Of a DNA stretch of 64,000 bases, positions 1-14,394 are shown piece after piece (the stretch's first letter is position 1; each line of letters opens with the position of its first letter). The notes beneath the pieces are model-generated. The model made no database searches. It was given only the letters and a program-made list of their open reading frames with translations, and was not told the DNA's origin. The translations under genes were made by a program, and so were the position numbers. Location: contig CM119372.1 in the NCBI GenBank assembly GCA_051294905.1, forward strand, positions 17,610,001 through 17,674,000, in the 5' to 3' direction. This stretch comes from Botryllus schlosseri. Taxonomy: Eukaryota.

Positions 1-2809
1 GCCGGAGCTGGAACTGCTGTGACCATAACATTTATTTAAACAGTTCAACTGTTTCAGCACGATGGCGATCGACTCGATAGCATCTATAGTATTTTAGCGA
101 TTTAATACTTAACAGTCATGTGGCATTGTATTTGAGGTTTTGTGAATCTCATTATCGTCGAGAAAACATTTAGGAAAATATTTTCTGCGAAATGGATTTG
201 TCGACGAAGTAGCAAACTCGAAACAATAAACCAATTTTTGTCAGACTCGATCAATATTGACGCGATTCCGCGAGGGCAATGTTTATTTAAATCCGCTGCC
301 CGAGTAGTCGGAATACCGATTGCACAATGATGTATCCAGGTCACGGCAGTGAGTTTATGGCGCAATGTTCGATTGATGCACACAATTGCACAATGCACAT
401 CCGCCACCAATAACATCTTCATGAGCGATCCGATATGCTGACGTCGCCATATACAGTAAAAGTGCTTGCTAAGTCAGATCGACCAAAGCGCGGTGTAAAT
501 GTAAAACAAATGCTGTATATCACAACAAAATCAACCGCGGAGAGAATCAGAAACTACAACGCCATGAGAATCCCACCAAACACGAACATTTGGCGTGATT
601 AGCTGTCGCCGTTGACAAAAAAGCCCAGAAAAAGAGCCGAAAAGAAAGCACTCACAAGCAATGGAAAGTACTAGTAGAAGGGACGTGGCTTCAAAAAAAG
701 ATCAACATCGAAAAAAAGAACCGTGAGATCGGGCACTCTAGGCCGAGATGGATGTTAGAGTAAAGGATCGCTACTGATGCGTGTCGTTCGACATCCTCCT
801 ATCTGTTCGTTACATCGCATTGTGTCATATCGCATTGTACATTGTGTGTAAGTTGTTCAGATGAAAATTATATCCCAACGATTATTGATACTAGCTATCT
901 GCAGTCTGTACGCATCAGCGATCGAGCAACGACCGTCGTTTACATCGATTATTTCACCACAGTTAGTGCAGTACACCACTCAACTGGCCACCTAATCCCC
1001 AAGTGTTCCGAGAAACAGTGCGCATTGCTCAAGATGAAATATATCGACGAAGACAAGTGGGAGGAACAAAACCTAGTTTTGCCAACCCATTTCTGACAAT
1101 TGGAATGTCGTTACGTCGTGGTATTTGTGGCCTCATAAAGTTTGCAGATCAACATCAGCCGAAAATATTCGGGTCAATTTCAATATGAATATACTATCCA
1201 ATTGTATACTGAAGTTCTGCACCTCCAAGAATCTCTTCAGATAAACATCTGAAACGCAGTCGTTCAATGAAATAATGTGAGCACTGCACAACTGTTCATG
1301 AGCCAATCACGAATTAAGCAGCTACATTCTGTATATCGTACACGCAAAGAAAATGCTTTACTGCACATTGCTCATAAATGCATTAGAATTGCACTCAGAC
1401 CGAAGCGAGCGTGCTTAGGAAACTGATTTTTATTGATTACGAAACAATAGATCTATGACAAATGCGATCCTGTTCTATTACGTCGAACCAACTAACCTTA
1501 TTCAATCTGTCCCCTGTAAAATCGAATGTATCCATGATGACTCGACTGCAATAACGAAGAGAACGCTTGTTCCAGCCAGGTTCTCGGCATATAGAGATTA
1601 CAAACAGCAATGTAGATTATTTTCGACTCACATGAACACCTCGCAGGGTTCAAAATCAGACCAATTTTATGAGAGATGCGTTCGTTTTTCGATCCGTCAG
1701 TGGGCGCTGACCTTTTTACAATGTTGCTCTCATCTCGTTTTCATGACAGACGGAGTCAGAGTCATTTTATTGAAATTTTCATCTGATCAAAATAGCAAAA
1801 GATTGAGATGGACAGACTGTTATTTCAATGGACAATTCGCAGAGGTATATCAGTGATATCACCTCACAATTCACATAGTAGCCTACATCTGATCACCTGA
1901 TCCAAAGACTGACTTACAGGCATTCTGCAATTGTGCAATGTGCAATGTGCATGTTATGTGGGGGTGGGCCATGGAGTCATCACAAAAATGCCTGATTTGT
2001 TTTGGACTGGAGGCTGGAGACTAGAAGTCAGTGTCGTCAGCTAATGGGAACCAGGCGCGTGAATTGCTCAATCTACGGCCGTGTGTGAAAATTCGGCGAC
2101 AGAGCATGCGATTCATATTACGGTGTACGGATGATGTGTACGGATTACAGAATAATATAAAATCCCAATCACTGACAAAGTTCGTTATTATCTGGAATAT
2201 TTGGTTTCAGACGAAATTCTGTATGGTATTAACTCATTTTAAACTCTTTACCTAGTTGTCAAGCCTATACAGCCTACCTGTCACTGTGATTAATAACGGT
2301 TCTAGCCACCATCGCTTTGTTCACTGTGGTTTTAGGGCTTTAGTTATCCCAACAGATCGTGATTAAACATTTTCGACTTTAATTTATTTACTTCATGTTT
2401 TTTTTCTTCGCGAAATCGCGCGAATTGGTCTACTCTAGTACTGCTATGAGCTATCGTTGTCATTTCGGGTTATTTAACATGGGCGAGTTCTAGTAGCAGA
2501 GTTTCCACACTTTGACGCGGGCCCATTTCAATCTTCTGAATTCCAAACAAGTTTGTCTGGTCTAAAGTCATAAGTACTGTTCATTTTCCACTTAACACTG
2601 CACAATATTTCATCGCGCTATGGAATTTTCATTCGATAATTGCACTATAGGCCAACAAAGACCCTTCCGTCAATCAGCTCAGCAACTGTAAAAATGTATA
2701 GAGTTTAGTGAAGTCTCTCAAACGCTGTCAATAACAAGCGGCCCCGGGAAAATATCCATGGGAGGGGGGCATTTGTGCCCGAGTAAGCTAACGCCCAGTT
2801 TGGATGAAG

Positions 2810-3140
2810 ACTAGGACGATGTTTTTTGACATGTCCGTATCCGAACTGAAGCAAGACTGCGTGAGTGCGTGGGCATTGGATCTTATATCAAGAAGCACAA
2901 GATGAAAAATTGTGATGTAGACAACATTGTCAGAATGAACAACGCGCTGTGTTACCAGCAGTGTACGCACCGCACAAGTGGTACAACTTCAATGTTGCCA
3001 GCTAGCCAACAACTGCTGCCGTTAAACGTTATTTTCCCATTCTTGGCAACTACTTAGTAAGGACAGACTACAGACAATTTCTACCCGAGAATGTAGGAAA
3101 GTATCTTTCGTTGTACTACAACAAATTTTCAATATTTCTA
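2810..3140 (+). mobile_element. Internal fragment of the same hAT derivative
   Basis: Sequence match to 34790-35060 (GSYIKK..KNCDV; CTACCCGAGAATGTAGGAAAG). Confidence 0.7.
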
Positions 3141-3382
3141 ATGCGTGGAGACGCCTGGTATCACCACACAATAATAAACTGCATTCGATAGCCTACATTT
3201 CATATTGCCGTCATAAATTCGATTTTTTTCTTTGAATTTTTGTGTTGTGATTCTTTCAAGCAAAGATTTTTGATATGCGACTCGCGCATGAAGCAGGTAT
3301 GCCCACCCCTGAAAGTAATCGTTATGCGACCTGATTAATAACCATAAACAGAATATATCCTTAAACCACCTACACAACGTAG

Positions 3383-4010
3383 CAGTAGTCCCCAACCTTT
3401 TTCGTCATGTGGACTCCTTGGCCGATATTTGAACTAAAATCCCCCCCTAATGAAAAAGTTGCCCGTGACTAAAAAATGGTGCTTTTTAACGCACAACCAG
3501 TTGTTGACTGAGCAATAAATGGCCAAATATATTTAGATATGTTTGAACTATGTCGAATGCGGACCGCAGAACACTTCGGTAAAGTACAGCTAAATTGGAC
3601 CTGTTTTTACAGGTCGGGTAGCCACTGACGAAAAATAAATCACCAAGTTCGCTTGCCATGGCCTTGAGTCGAATCGATGAATTTGGTATGTTTTTAACGT
3701 TAGCTCATATGTTGGCTTACAAAGGTAAACATTTTGACCAGCGGCCTTGTGATGAATTCGGATTGACTTTTTCCTGCTTAGTACCAATTTGGTCGAGAGG
3801 CTGTCACGGGTCCGACCAACTCGTCTCGCGAGCCTCACTTTATCAGGGGGTGTGATATCCACAGAAGGCATTTAAACATACATCTATAACTTAAAATCCG
3901 CCAAAGAAAAATCTAAAAACCTTGTGATCCCCGTGTATCTTTCGATACAATCCCAAAGCCAGATTTTCCCTAAAAATTTCAAAATCCCCCCCCCCGGTTG
4001 GGAACCACTG
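3383..4010. mobile_element. hAT/Charlie-type MITE
   Basis: CAGTAGTCCCCAACC...GGTTGGGAACCACTG inverted ends; TSD degenerate. Confidence 0.7.
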
Positions 4011-4946
4011 ACGTAAGGTGTTGGATTATTTCAGCAACTTCTGTTATTACTAATACAACGTAAGAAATACTAATATACTCAAGAAATGTCACAAGACATC
4101 ATTGCCACTGCCACACGACTCGTCAAAATATGACGTATTTGCAGACTCCGATCATAGCCCCGCAAAAAAAGCATTTTGACCGTCACTCAGCATAAACGAT
4201 GATTTACGTCAGTCAGTTTTCGCGGTGCAGCTGCTGATTTAACATCAGATGTCCGGTATCCACCCTATGTATACAGATGACACGGGCTGATTTAACAATC
4301 CAAGCAATTCAACATTTTAATAAGTAAAAGTAATAAATAAGTAATACTACTCCTGTAATTTATATATAACTACAGATTTATTGTTAACTTGATATTTTTG
4401 AAGCGTTCCTTCCTTCTTGAATTGCAACTTCTATTCCATCATTATTCGGATAAGTAATATTGCAATCAATATTTAATTGAAGGCCAAACAAACTTAACGA
4501 GGCTGTTAATTTTAGGCCTACTAAATCGTTACCTGCTTTATAGCTTGGGTAAATCTATAAAAACATTATTGAGCATGTACAGCACTCTAGATTTAAGACT
4601 TTAAATGCAGTGAATTTAGATTTTATTACTCTTGTGTTTGTTGTTGGCTCAGGTCCTTGTATTCTAAGATATTGGTACAACTCCGGTGTTATCGTATACG
4701 AAAAAACGATCAACATGTAATCGTATATCAACGACAAATATTTTGACGTATTTTTCTAGCGCCAAGCCTCTAATAAAATAAGTATTTGTCGTAACATAGT
4801 ATATATACGTCTGTTTTACTGAAGTATCATCAAGTTCAACAAGAGAGTTGATTGCGCTATATTATATAGAACTAATACAGTCGTCCGTTTGTGGATTTTT
4901 GAAGCGCGCCGATATCCATATCCGCAATCATTGGACAAACGCAGTA

Positions 4947-7900
4947 ATGCATAAACTATTGTTGGTATTGTGCACGGGTTACTTCATGCAGTCTGGATTT
5001 TCAAATCCTGTCGGCTTCCTTTCAGAGGTGAGTACATAATTTATATATAATATTCGGGTAAACCTCCAATGAACATAATTATGTCGTATTTGAGCAGACT
5101 CTCTGAGGTACAGAACTTCAATATACATTTCAATTGATATATTAATATCGATATAAACCCGAATATTTTCGGCTGACACTCGTCGGGGGAAATTATTAGC
5201 AACTGGCTCAAAATTCCAAAGAACGTTGTATATAAACGGTGCACCAAGCGGGGAGATGTGGTACCGATGAGTCCCAGGGACCGAAAATACTTTAAAAATT
5301 ATCTATGATGATCCCATGATCACAGTACGCGACTTTGTCTACAATAGCATGCTGGCAGAATCTTTCCTCACATGCAAAAAACTTCGACCTGCGTGAGTTA
5401 TGGAGTCTGTGACAAATGATTTACGTTTTAGGGGGTGCAAAGTAAATTTGAATCGACATATACATTTTTCTATATTACCTTCCAGACTAACAAACCCGCA
5501 ATAATTTTTGATGTGAATTATAGGGCATGTATTAGGGTATATAATGCCACATATTTTTTGAATAAATACCATCTTCGAGTGGGCTATTTTAAATCCAATT
5601 ACAATATTTATAGGGTGGGGGACGTATGGTACCATAGCCGAATCCAGCAAAATAGTTGGATCAACTAATCACTAACAACAGTAACACGCCTACATATATA
5701 GAGGCTTTAAATCATAGTTACCAGTGGTATTTTATCGCTATTGCGAGGTATTTGAAAGTCAAAATGTCGATTTTTTAAGTTTAGGCGGAAATCAAAACGT
5801 GATGTTATCCCAGCATTTGAGTTGATATAATCTATTTTATTCTTGTAGGTGTCGACGAAACATTCCTCATTGGCATGTTGTAGCTTAGATTGTGGCACAC
5901 AACAAAACAAGTTGAAAAATTTGAGTTTTGAGCGTATGTCTCATAGGTCCCATGGTCGTGTGCCATTGGACCCACCGGGTGGGGACCGATGATACGTTCG
6001 AGCCACAAATTTTAAACGTTTATAAATATTTTTGAAAAGGAGGATATGTAAATGCCCGCGATCGTTAGAGCTTGCATCAAGGTGTTGAGACAGCAGAATA
6101 TCCGCTATTCTCGGCTGAAGATTTGAGGGCCAGATATCATTTTGCAATTTTTTACCCATCGGTACCACATCCTCTATACATGTGACGTCAAATTTGATTA
6201 TACAGCTGTCGATATACAAAAATAAATTTGAATAATTTTTCAACTTCGACTTGCTAAAGATTAATATTCCTGACGAGTGGCAACCGAAAAAATTTGGGTT
6301 CATTTCAATATGAATATATTATTCAATTGTATGAGCTATATTACTGTTTTCTAGGTTCCGAAGAAAGATCCTCTGATTGTAGGTAAGTTTATGTGACATA
6401 AACACACACAGCGCATATTTAGCCTAAGAATCTAAGATATATGCAATAAATTGACTTCTACTTCAGCAACATGAATTTTTTCTCATCGATTAGGGGTGTT
6501 CAATCTTTTTGACAAACGGGCCCGTTATAAATAGAAATAAATATGTTATACATGAGGGTATTTTGGGCCATTTCTTGGCGATTCGAGCTCAGCTCAACTG
6601 TATTAAACCATACTAACTTGGGAATCCCTATTGCGGGCCTCACATCATACAAAATGACATCTCTTCGCCGGAAACATTTTTCTCTGCGGGCTACATGGTA
6701 CACTCTCTCGGATTAGGATATTTGGCCTATACTGCGAAAGGCAGAACATATGCTGTTACAGCATGGGTCGCCAACTCAAAACGGGTCGCGGGCCACTTTT
6801 CAAATTTCGCAGCGGCCGCTAGCCGCATGAATTCAATATAGGTATAAACTAGGCAACCATCGTTTTGAAACTCTACGTCAGTACAACGCCGTGCTACTTA
6901 ATTTAGGCAATGGGCGTAGTGACCACAAAAGAAGTAATATTTTATCAAAGGAATACAAATACAACAAAAAATCATTATCATTAATTTCATTTTATTTTGA
7001 AGTCTGAACTGTGCACGATACTGGAAACGCTTTTCAGTGAATAAGGTCTCGATATTGGGGCTAGCGAGATACGTTACTAGCAGAAAGACCATCTCCACGT
7101 AAAGCTTGATCTTGTGGGCAAGCCCTAAGCCAGCGGTTCTCAAACATTTTTAGACCCCAGATGTAAATCGCGCGGAGCGCGAAAAATTTTTCAGTTGACC
7201 GCAGCCCGCTTCAGATACTTTCACGCCCCCACAAGAGGGGCGCACCCCCCAGTGAACCGCTGCCGTATGCCGTTTTATAGGCGTCTCGATCTTGGCAGTG
7301 TTTTGGCCATTGCACGTCAAGGCAATATGCCCAGCCCATTCATTTCAGCAGATTATTCTTCCTCGATGGAATGCTGTTGCCATCTCCAAAGCCGTTTTAG
7401 CTGGTGACGAATAGTGATGTTGGGCACAGGAGAATAGCTTATTTCGAAACAACAACAACAACAACAACAACAATAATACTTGAAACTGCATTTCAAAAAG
7501 GTTTTCTCAGCTTTCTTCTGAAATCTCAAATCACGTCGCGGGCCGCAAAATATGACCACGCGGGCCGCGTGTTGGTGACCCCGTGTTACAGTGTTACAAG
7601 AACAGTTACTTTCGGATCAGATTATAGTTGTACATTGGCATCTATATATTGTGTCAACACATCATCTATTAGTATATAATAATGTATGGCCTGCCCGTCT
7701 TTGCAAATCTTTTCATGACCAGCTATACAAAAAATGTTAATAATACTTTTATACCAAAAATTCTTCCAGCAAAGTCATTTGAAGAGATTCTGGCCATCAA
7801 TGAAGAAAGGGGAGACTTGTTCGAAGGAGATATTGTTATCAGTCATCAAAGAAACGCCATTGCTGACAAAACGACCAGGTATAGCAAGCCTATCTTATCT

Positions 7901-10900
7901 CAAAACCATGCTATACAAATTAATTTCAGAACTCTAGACCTCTATACGGCCTCACAAACAAACAGCCCTGCTTTCTGGCATGTGTGAGCTAGAGTCTACA
8001 GTGGCACGTTATACAGTTCTATATGAGAACGAGAGAGAGGGAGAGAGAGGGGGAGAGAGGAAGGGAAGGAGAGAAAGAGAGAGAGAGAGAGAAATAGAGA
8101 GAGAGAAAGAGAGAGGGGGGCACATAGTTGATAGATAAAAGCGTTATGAAGTATAGTCTCCTTTTGTTATATTCCTATAGCCTACATTTCGCAAACTGAA
8201 AGGAAATGACGTTTGGAAAGGACGTTACGCATTAGTGTGCTTGATGTTTTTGCACCGACTCATGAAATACATACACACGATTTTTGCATATGCCGCTAGA
8301 CAAGGAAGGTGCAAATATATAGCCTAGTAAGACTTTCTAAGTCTTGCACTACCCTCCATGCTTTCCCGGTAATGCTGAGCACCAAGCGGGAATAAGTCTT
8401 TGGTCTGACCCGGCCGGGTATTGAACCCACGACCTACCGATCAAGAAGCCGGACGCTTCACCATTGCGCTATCTTGCCAGCTAACTGAAAAATTCGAATG
8501 CGAGAAATTATTGAAATTTCCTATTACCAGTACGGGTCTGGAACTATATATAAGTCATAGCCATACAGTTGCCGATAGCATTCGCAAGGTATCAATAATT
8601 GAAATTCTTAGAAACACTATCCCGTTATGAAAGACGTCATCGAAAGTATCCAGACGCACCTGGATCCCAGCTAACGATATTCACTCTATAGATTCGCACT
8701 TAGACGATTATTGAACCATCACGCTTTAGGTGGGGGTCAACAGTACCTTACCTACTGACCGGAGAATACAGCCACCAGAAGAAAGCAACAATTATCGCTG
8801 CGTTAAATGAGCTCGAAATTCGGACGTGTTTTCAATTTATCGAAAGAACAACCGAAGTTGACTACCTCATCTTTGAAGTAAAAAACGGGTAAACCGACGA
8901 CTTTTGTTCATCTCGGTATAGCTTCGAATTCGAGCGAATGATCCATTTACCCCGGATAGTGATACGAATGTGGGGTACACACTATTTCAGATGCTTTTCA
9001 AATGTCGGGAGAGCTGGAGGAAGACAGACTGTCTCTATTGGTAACGGCTGCGAAAATCATAGGACGGTAATCCACGAAATGCTTCATGCCCTTGGTTTCT
9101 GGCATGAGCAATCCAGGTAAATAGCAATCATATCAATCAAATAGTTTTATCGGTCACTGGCGAGCAATAGAGCTAATAAACTTTACATTACAATCACTGT
9201 CCTCGGGGTCAGAGGCAATATAATCGAGGTTCCTTCAGTTTGTTTAGCGTATAGTTCTAAAAGGTGAATATCCGGTCAAGATCTTTTGTCGAACTTTTTA
9301 GCCGGAATCCATGGCGTTGGGCCAGGTCTGCCGATTTCGTAATGAAACATAGTAAAGTCAACGTAACCAATCGTACCAGCGGGCCTATATAATAATTTAG
9401 GCCTGTACTGCATATCAAAACGTTTGCTGTAAAACACGTTTATTTACACATCATGAGTGGACTTGCTATGTGACCAAAAGCATTATTGCGCTCGAGACTC
9501 GTTTCTGATCCGAGGTGGATGCTAGACCTCATTTGTTTTCAAACGTGCATGAGGCCATATCTGCATTGAGCGGCAATTGCACTTTCGTAACAAAAATCGC
9601 GCCGGTGGGAATAGAGATATATATGGTCCAGAATAGACGAAGATAGCACAATAGGCAACTAGTCAAAATGAAAAAAGAAATCCACACTATAGGTATCTAT
9701 CGCCTAGCCTTAATTGATACTACAGGCCTAGTACATAGTAGCCTATGTCAATTGCGCCGAAAAGAACTATGGGGCGCGATTTACCACAAACTTTCCGAAT
9801 TATTCCCGCTCTTCCCTTATACTTTCAGAACCGATCGGGACGACTACGTGTCAATCGTTTGGGATGTAATTTCGGAAGGACACGAATCAAATTTCAACAA
9901 GTACGAGAGTGATCAAGTGAGGAAATCATCTTCATCTGCATCACCTGGACATCGTGGTAAAATATTATATGTCTACTCCATATCAATATAGTTGGATACG
10001 CAAGGAGCGCCGTACGACTACGACTCCATCATGCACTATCACGACACAGCTTTCAGCAAAAACGGTAGCAAAACGATCATTGCGCCAGACGACAAGACAG
10101 AAACGATGGGGAAAATTGACGCTATGTCTAAAATCGACGTGGATGAATTAAATTTACTTTATCAATGCGAAGGTAAGTCTTTGTAGTTTGTATATTAGGG
10201 CTCTTCAAAAATGACTTTTTTTCTCAAATCGTGCTAGCTACTTGATAAAATTGTTAGGTTACCTAATTTAAGCCTACACACAAAATTTGTTTCAATTCCA
10301 GCCAGCAACCGCTTTGCTACAGGAGAAGAAAGTTTCTATTTATTATATAAAAATAAATAATAAAAAATTTGAAAATTTTCTGTTCACCCCATGAAAGTGT
10401 TAGGTTGTCTATAGAAACGATGCTCACCAAATTTGGTTCAATTCCAACCAGTGGAAGCGGGGTTATTGCCGTCGAAAAATTTGGATTTGAATAAAATAGC
10501 ATTTGCGGTGACCGATTATTTGTTTATTTATTATAGTTGTGCTCAACGTAAATCCAAATTTTTCGACGGCAATAGCTCCGCCGCTTCCACAGGTCGGAAT
10601 TGAACCAAATTTGGCGAGCATCGTTTCTATAGACAGCCTAACACTTTCATGGGGTGAACAGAAAATTTTCAAATTTTTTATTATTTATTTTTATATAATA
10701 AACAGAAACTTACTTCTCCTGTATAGCAAAGCGGTTAGTCGGTTACTAGCTGGAATTGAACCAAATTTTGTGTGTAGGCTTAAATTAGGTAACCTAACAA
10801 TTTTATCAAGTAGCCAGTACGATTTGAGAAAAAAATTCATTTTTGAAGAGCCCTATTGTATATATTTATTGAGCCCTACGTATGTCAAAGTGAACCTTCT

Positions 10901-13900
10901 TGCGATGACATACGGACGCACGCGACTTTTTTGGCCGAATGCAGAAGAACCAGGTGTACATTACAGACGTTTTAATTAAATTATGTTACATGGGTAGATT
11001 GCATAAAACCTAATATATCGTTTCTCAGTCGATATCGACGGCAGCGGATATACACAGTGGAGCGACTGGGGTCTTTGCGATCAGAATTGTAACAAGGTGA
11101 GACAGCGGTTTTGTGATGGTGATCAATGCTCAATGTGGGGCGCTATTGAGACAGAGACAACGACTTGCGATGCGTCATCTTGTGAAGGTAGGAGTCTTAA
11201 CAGTCGATAGCCAACCTCAACCGTAAATAGGCCCTACATTTGATGGCGCAACTATGCAACGTATATTAAACTGTTTCCCCGCGTTACGTTCGTTCAATGA
11301 CGTTGGTATCATGCAGGACTAGCAGTTAGTGCCAATAATTATTTCCTCATTCGCCTTTCTTTGCATTTAAACCATGTGTTCTTTGATCTAATCGCCTTTG
11401 TGTCTCTGCCCGTATCGAACTCTTCTGTGTTAAAGTAATTCTGCTGCATGTACTGTACACTGTATAGAGGGTTGAATATCTTGAATTCTTATTTGAAGAT
11501 CGTCGTAAGTGTTATTGTTCTACAAAGAAAGACCATATAAAAAACGTAACAATCCCGGCCTCAGGTCGCAATTTTATTTTTCACAGCGGGTGTGGATCCG
11601 GATTGTGGCTTAGCCACAGTGACAGGCAACTTAGGATTTGCGACGTCACCACTATACCCCTACCCTTACAAATCTAATGCTGATTGCACGCAAACGATTC
11701 ACACACCGGCCGGTACCAGAATTCGATTGGAGTTTCAAGATATGGATATTGAGGATTACAACGGGGAATGTCATTACGACTTTTTACATGTACGCAGAGT
11801 CGCATTCTAAATATAACGCGTTTTGAACACACCTGTTTGAAACAGGTCTTAATTTATTTGAAACAAGATTCTTTAACAACTAATCATTCTTTTTCAAAAT
11901 CGTAATGATTATGTCTAAATTGCTGCACTAATGGCCTGTGAAAAGCGAGTGGAACAATCTAGACATAGTTCAGTGGTTCCCAACCGGGGTGCCACGTGGA
12001 ATGCCCAATGGTGCCACGAGATCATGAGGTATGACATCTCTCTATACTTTGTTAAGCTTGCACCCGTAAGATACGGATTTATTCATATCAAACCCTGTCA
12101 CACTGGGGTGCATGTGATTGGTTATAGAAACAGTGACGCCAAAGCATTACAACGTTACATTCTCCAAAAGGCACCGGGACACGGGTTAACTTGATCTATA
12201 GCAGTGTTTCTTAACCTCTACTAACCTGGTGAACTCTAATACGGATCGGCAAGCCGTCAGGAAACCCCAAATGATCGCTGAGTCAAAAAAAGAACATCGA
12301 CCACATTACTATACAATGTCAGAGCACAAAATGAACTGTTCAGTGTTCATAAACAACGGTGTTAAAAGAACAAAAATTATTAGAACATGATTTGCACACA
12401 AAATAAAAATATTGCAATGGATATTTACTGCAAATCAGAAAATCACGGTGACATCTGCTCGTGAGTCGGATGTGTGTCTTGACCTCCGCCGAACCCATGA
12501 GACCGGCTCATCGAACCCCTGCGGCTCATATGAATCCCGATTGAACCACTGATCTATAGTAATACACATTGTTATGACACCATCGCCAGCGCATTATTTT
12601 GCTGCGCTGTGATTGGTCGGAAGAATGACGATTTTCATAATACAACGAGATCTTGGGGTGTTTTGATGCCCTAGAAATTATATCTACATTTTCCGAGCAA
12701 TGGCTAATCAAGCTATTTGCTTCACTTTGAGGCCATTATAATGGCCTGTAGGCCTATAAAGTACCAATAATCTTTTCGTGGGATGATGAAATACAGATCG
12801 TGGCAAAACACACTAGATGCACGGTAATATTTCCAAAAGACGGTTCTAACAATAGTGGATTTTTAGGTGTACGACGGTCCCACCGACTCTTCGACAAAGA
12901 TCGGCACCTATTGTGGTTCAAGCATGCCTTCCACTATATACACAAGTACCAACTCGGTTACCATTAAATTTACGAGCGATTATTCCGTTGTGCGAAATGG
13001 ATTTTACGCGAATTACTACGCTGTCCGTAAGTGAGAGTAAAATTTACATGCAGCGAGCAAGACGGCAACACTGATTTTTGTTTACAATTTCATCAATAGT
13101 GTACGCGGACAGCTTGCACGTATGTGCCTTCGAGCACGACGTTGATTATTGTGGATGGTCGACAGACGGGTCTGTGGAATTGTCCTTTCAACCACTTCAA
13201 GGCGCGACTGCGTCGCTTGATACCGGACCTTCATCAGATCATACGTTTGGAGATAATCAAAATGGTGAGCAATAAGTTATGAAACAACCTGAATGCCCCC
13301 TCCTCTTGTGAGAGGGAGAGCGTGAGACGTGGTGTCACAATATATTTTATGGAACAATGGTAGCGGTGCAATTGCATAATGCAACTATTTTGTCAAGGTC
13401 AATATTTATATCTTGAATCATCATCTCCCGCTATGTTCGGCCAGCGTGCAAGAATTATCAGCCCCTTGTTCTACGCAATTGGCGACACCAAGTACTGTTT
13501 CAGTATCTGGTACCATATGTACGGCGTAAACACCGGCTCACTATCAGTATATGAGGTAAGATATATGCAATATGCATTTAACGGATGTTCATCCGAAGGC
13601 GAGTCGAGACTCGAGACACATTGTGTTTGCATTGAACAGGTTTACGATGATGTTATCAGCTCGTCGTCACTGATTACAATTACGGGAGATAAAGGAAATC
13701 AATGGAATCGGTTGGCTGTGTCGATTTCGAGTTCGACGCCATTCAAGGTATGCTATACACACTTTACACAGGTTAAACTCACATTCCGCGAAATGTTTGA
13801 ATGTAAACGAATTTAGATTGCTGTTGAGGCTACCCGGGGAAATGGATACAGAGGCGACATCGGCATTGATGACGCTTATTTGGACTTAGGAGAATGTACA

Positions 13901-13903
13901 TAA
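4947..13903 (+). CDS. Secreted astacin-family (M12A) zinc metalloprotease: signal peptide, propeptide, astacin, TSP1, CUB, MAM; 13 exons
   Basis: Phase-consistent GT-AG exons read by eye: 4947-5027 ([19 protein letters not shown], signal-like), 6355-6382, 7770-7878 (LFEGDI Asp-switch, RNA activation site), 8730-8888, 8991-9116 ([15 protein letters not shown] zinc motif), 9829-9916, 9992-10172 (SIMHY Met-turn), 11029-11187 (WSDWGLC..RQRFC, TSP1), 11587-11789 and 12867-13026 (CUB), 13100-13264, 13398-13555, 13640-13747, 13817-13903 (MAM, GDIGIDD, stop TAA). Counting the 28-nt microexon the list has 14 segments. Confidence 0.92.
5251..6174. mobile_element. TIR element of uncertain superfamily (astacin intron 1)
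   Basis: GATGTGGTACCGATG at ~5255 and CATCGGTACCACATC at ~6157-6171 are inverted repeats; no clear TSD. Confidence 0.5.
6762..7585. mobile_element. Degenerate hAT-type MITE with a nested smaller MITE (~7131-7262)
   Basis: CATGGGTCGCCAAC..CGCGGGCC / GCGGGCCGCGTGTTGGTGACCCC ends flanked by TGTTACAG; inner CAGCGGTTCTCAAAC..GAACCGCTG. Confidence 0.6.
8030..8120. repeat. GA-rich microsatellite
   Basis: Imperfect (GA)n tract. Confidence 0.9.
8320..8475 (-). mobile_element. tRNA-derived SINE of a second family (astacin intron)
   Basis: TAGCGCAATGG A box and GGTTCAATACC B box, followed by ACCAAAGAC..GCTTGGTGCTCAGCATTA body; no acceptor stem, so not a tRNA. Ends approximate. Confidence 0.65.
10196..10855. 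mobile_element. Fully palindromic (foldback) MITE, 660 bp, 8-bp TSD
   Basis: TAGGGCTCTTCAAAAATG...CATTTTTGAAGAGCCCTA, arms ~300 bp; TSD TTGTATAT at 10188-10195 and 10856-10863. Confidence 0.92.
12202..12551. mobile_element. hAT-type MITE
   Basis: CAGTG...CACTG ends; perfect 8-bp TSD ATCTATAG. Confidence 0.85.
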
Positions 13904-14394
13904 ACTGTATTTATGCATCACCCAAAATGTTATGTTGCCTTTGCCTTATTAATTACCAACAATACTTAGCATTTTACATAGAATAGCCTATTATAAAAAT
14001 GTTACATGTTACAAATATATATATCTATTGTGAATCAAGTACATCGTGATATGATATGAGAACTTTACTTTGTCCGGAGAGCGGATTGTTTTTAAGGCAC
14101 TGAATAGGCCTATAATAACTACACCTCATCATCATCATTTTTTAAAAATATTTATCAAATCAATGCACCACAAGATTGCGAGATCATGAAAAGATAGGAA
14201 GATGCCGAAACGACTTGGAGTATAGTCATTTCCTCAAACATCCAGCTATGCCCACATCTTGTAAATAGGAGGCCTGCACACAGTGTACACTGGATTTAAG
14301 AAAGGATAACATAAAAGTAAGCGACAAAATATGAATGCTGCATGTGTCGGTAGGCGAGGCCCATAAGTCAGATTGTGGTCCGGTAATGTCGAGA

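Noticed and set aside
60..1860. Coding-like sequence possibly from a decayed DNA transposase
   Set aside because: Only short broken frames; no motif I can assign confidently without a search.
10317..10979. Mirror-image ORFs on both strands (also 30338-30718)
   Set aside because: A consequence of palindromic MITEs, not genes.
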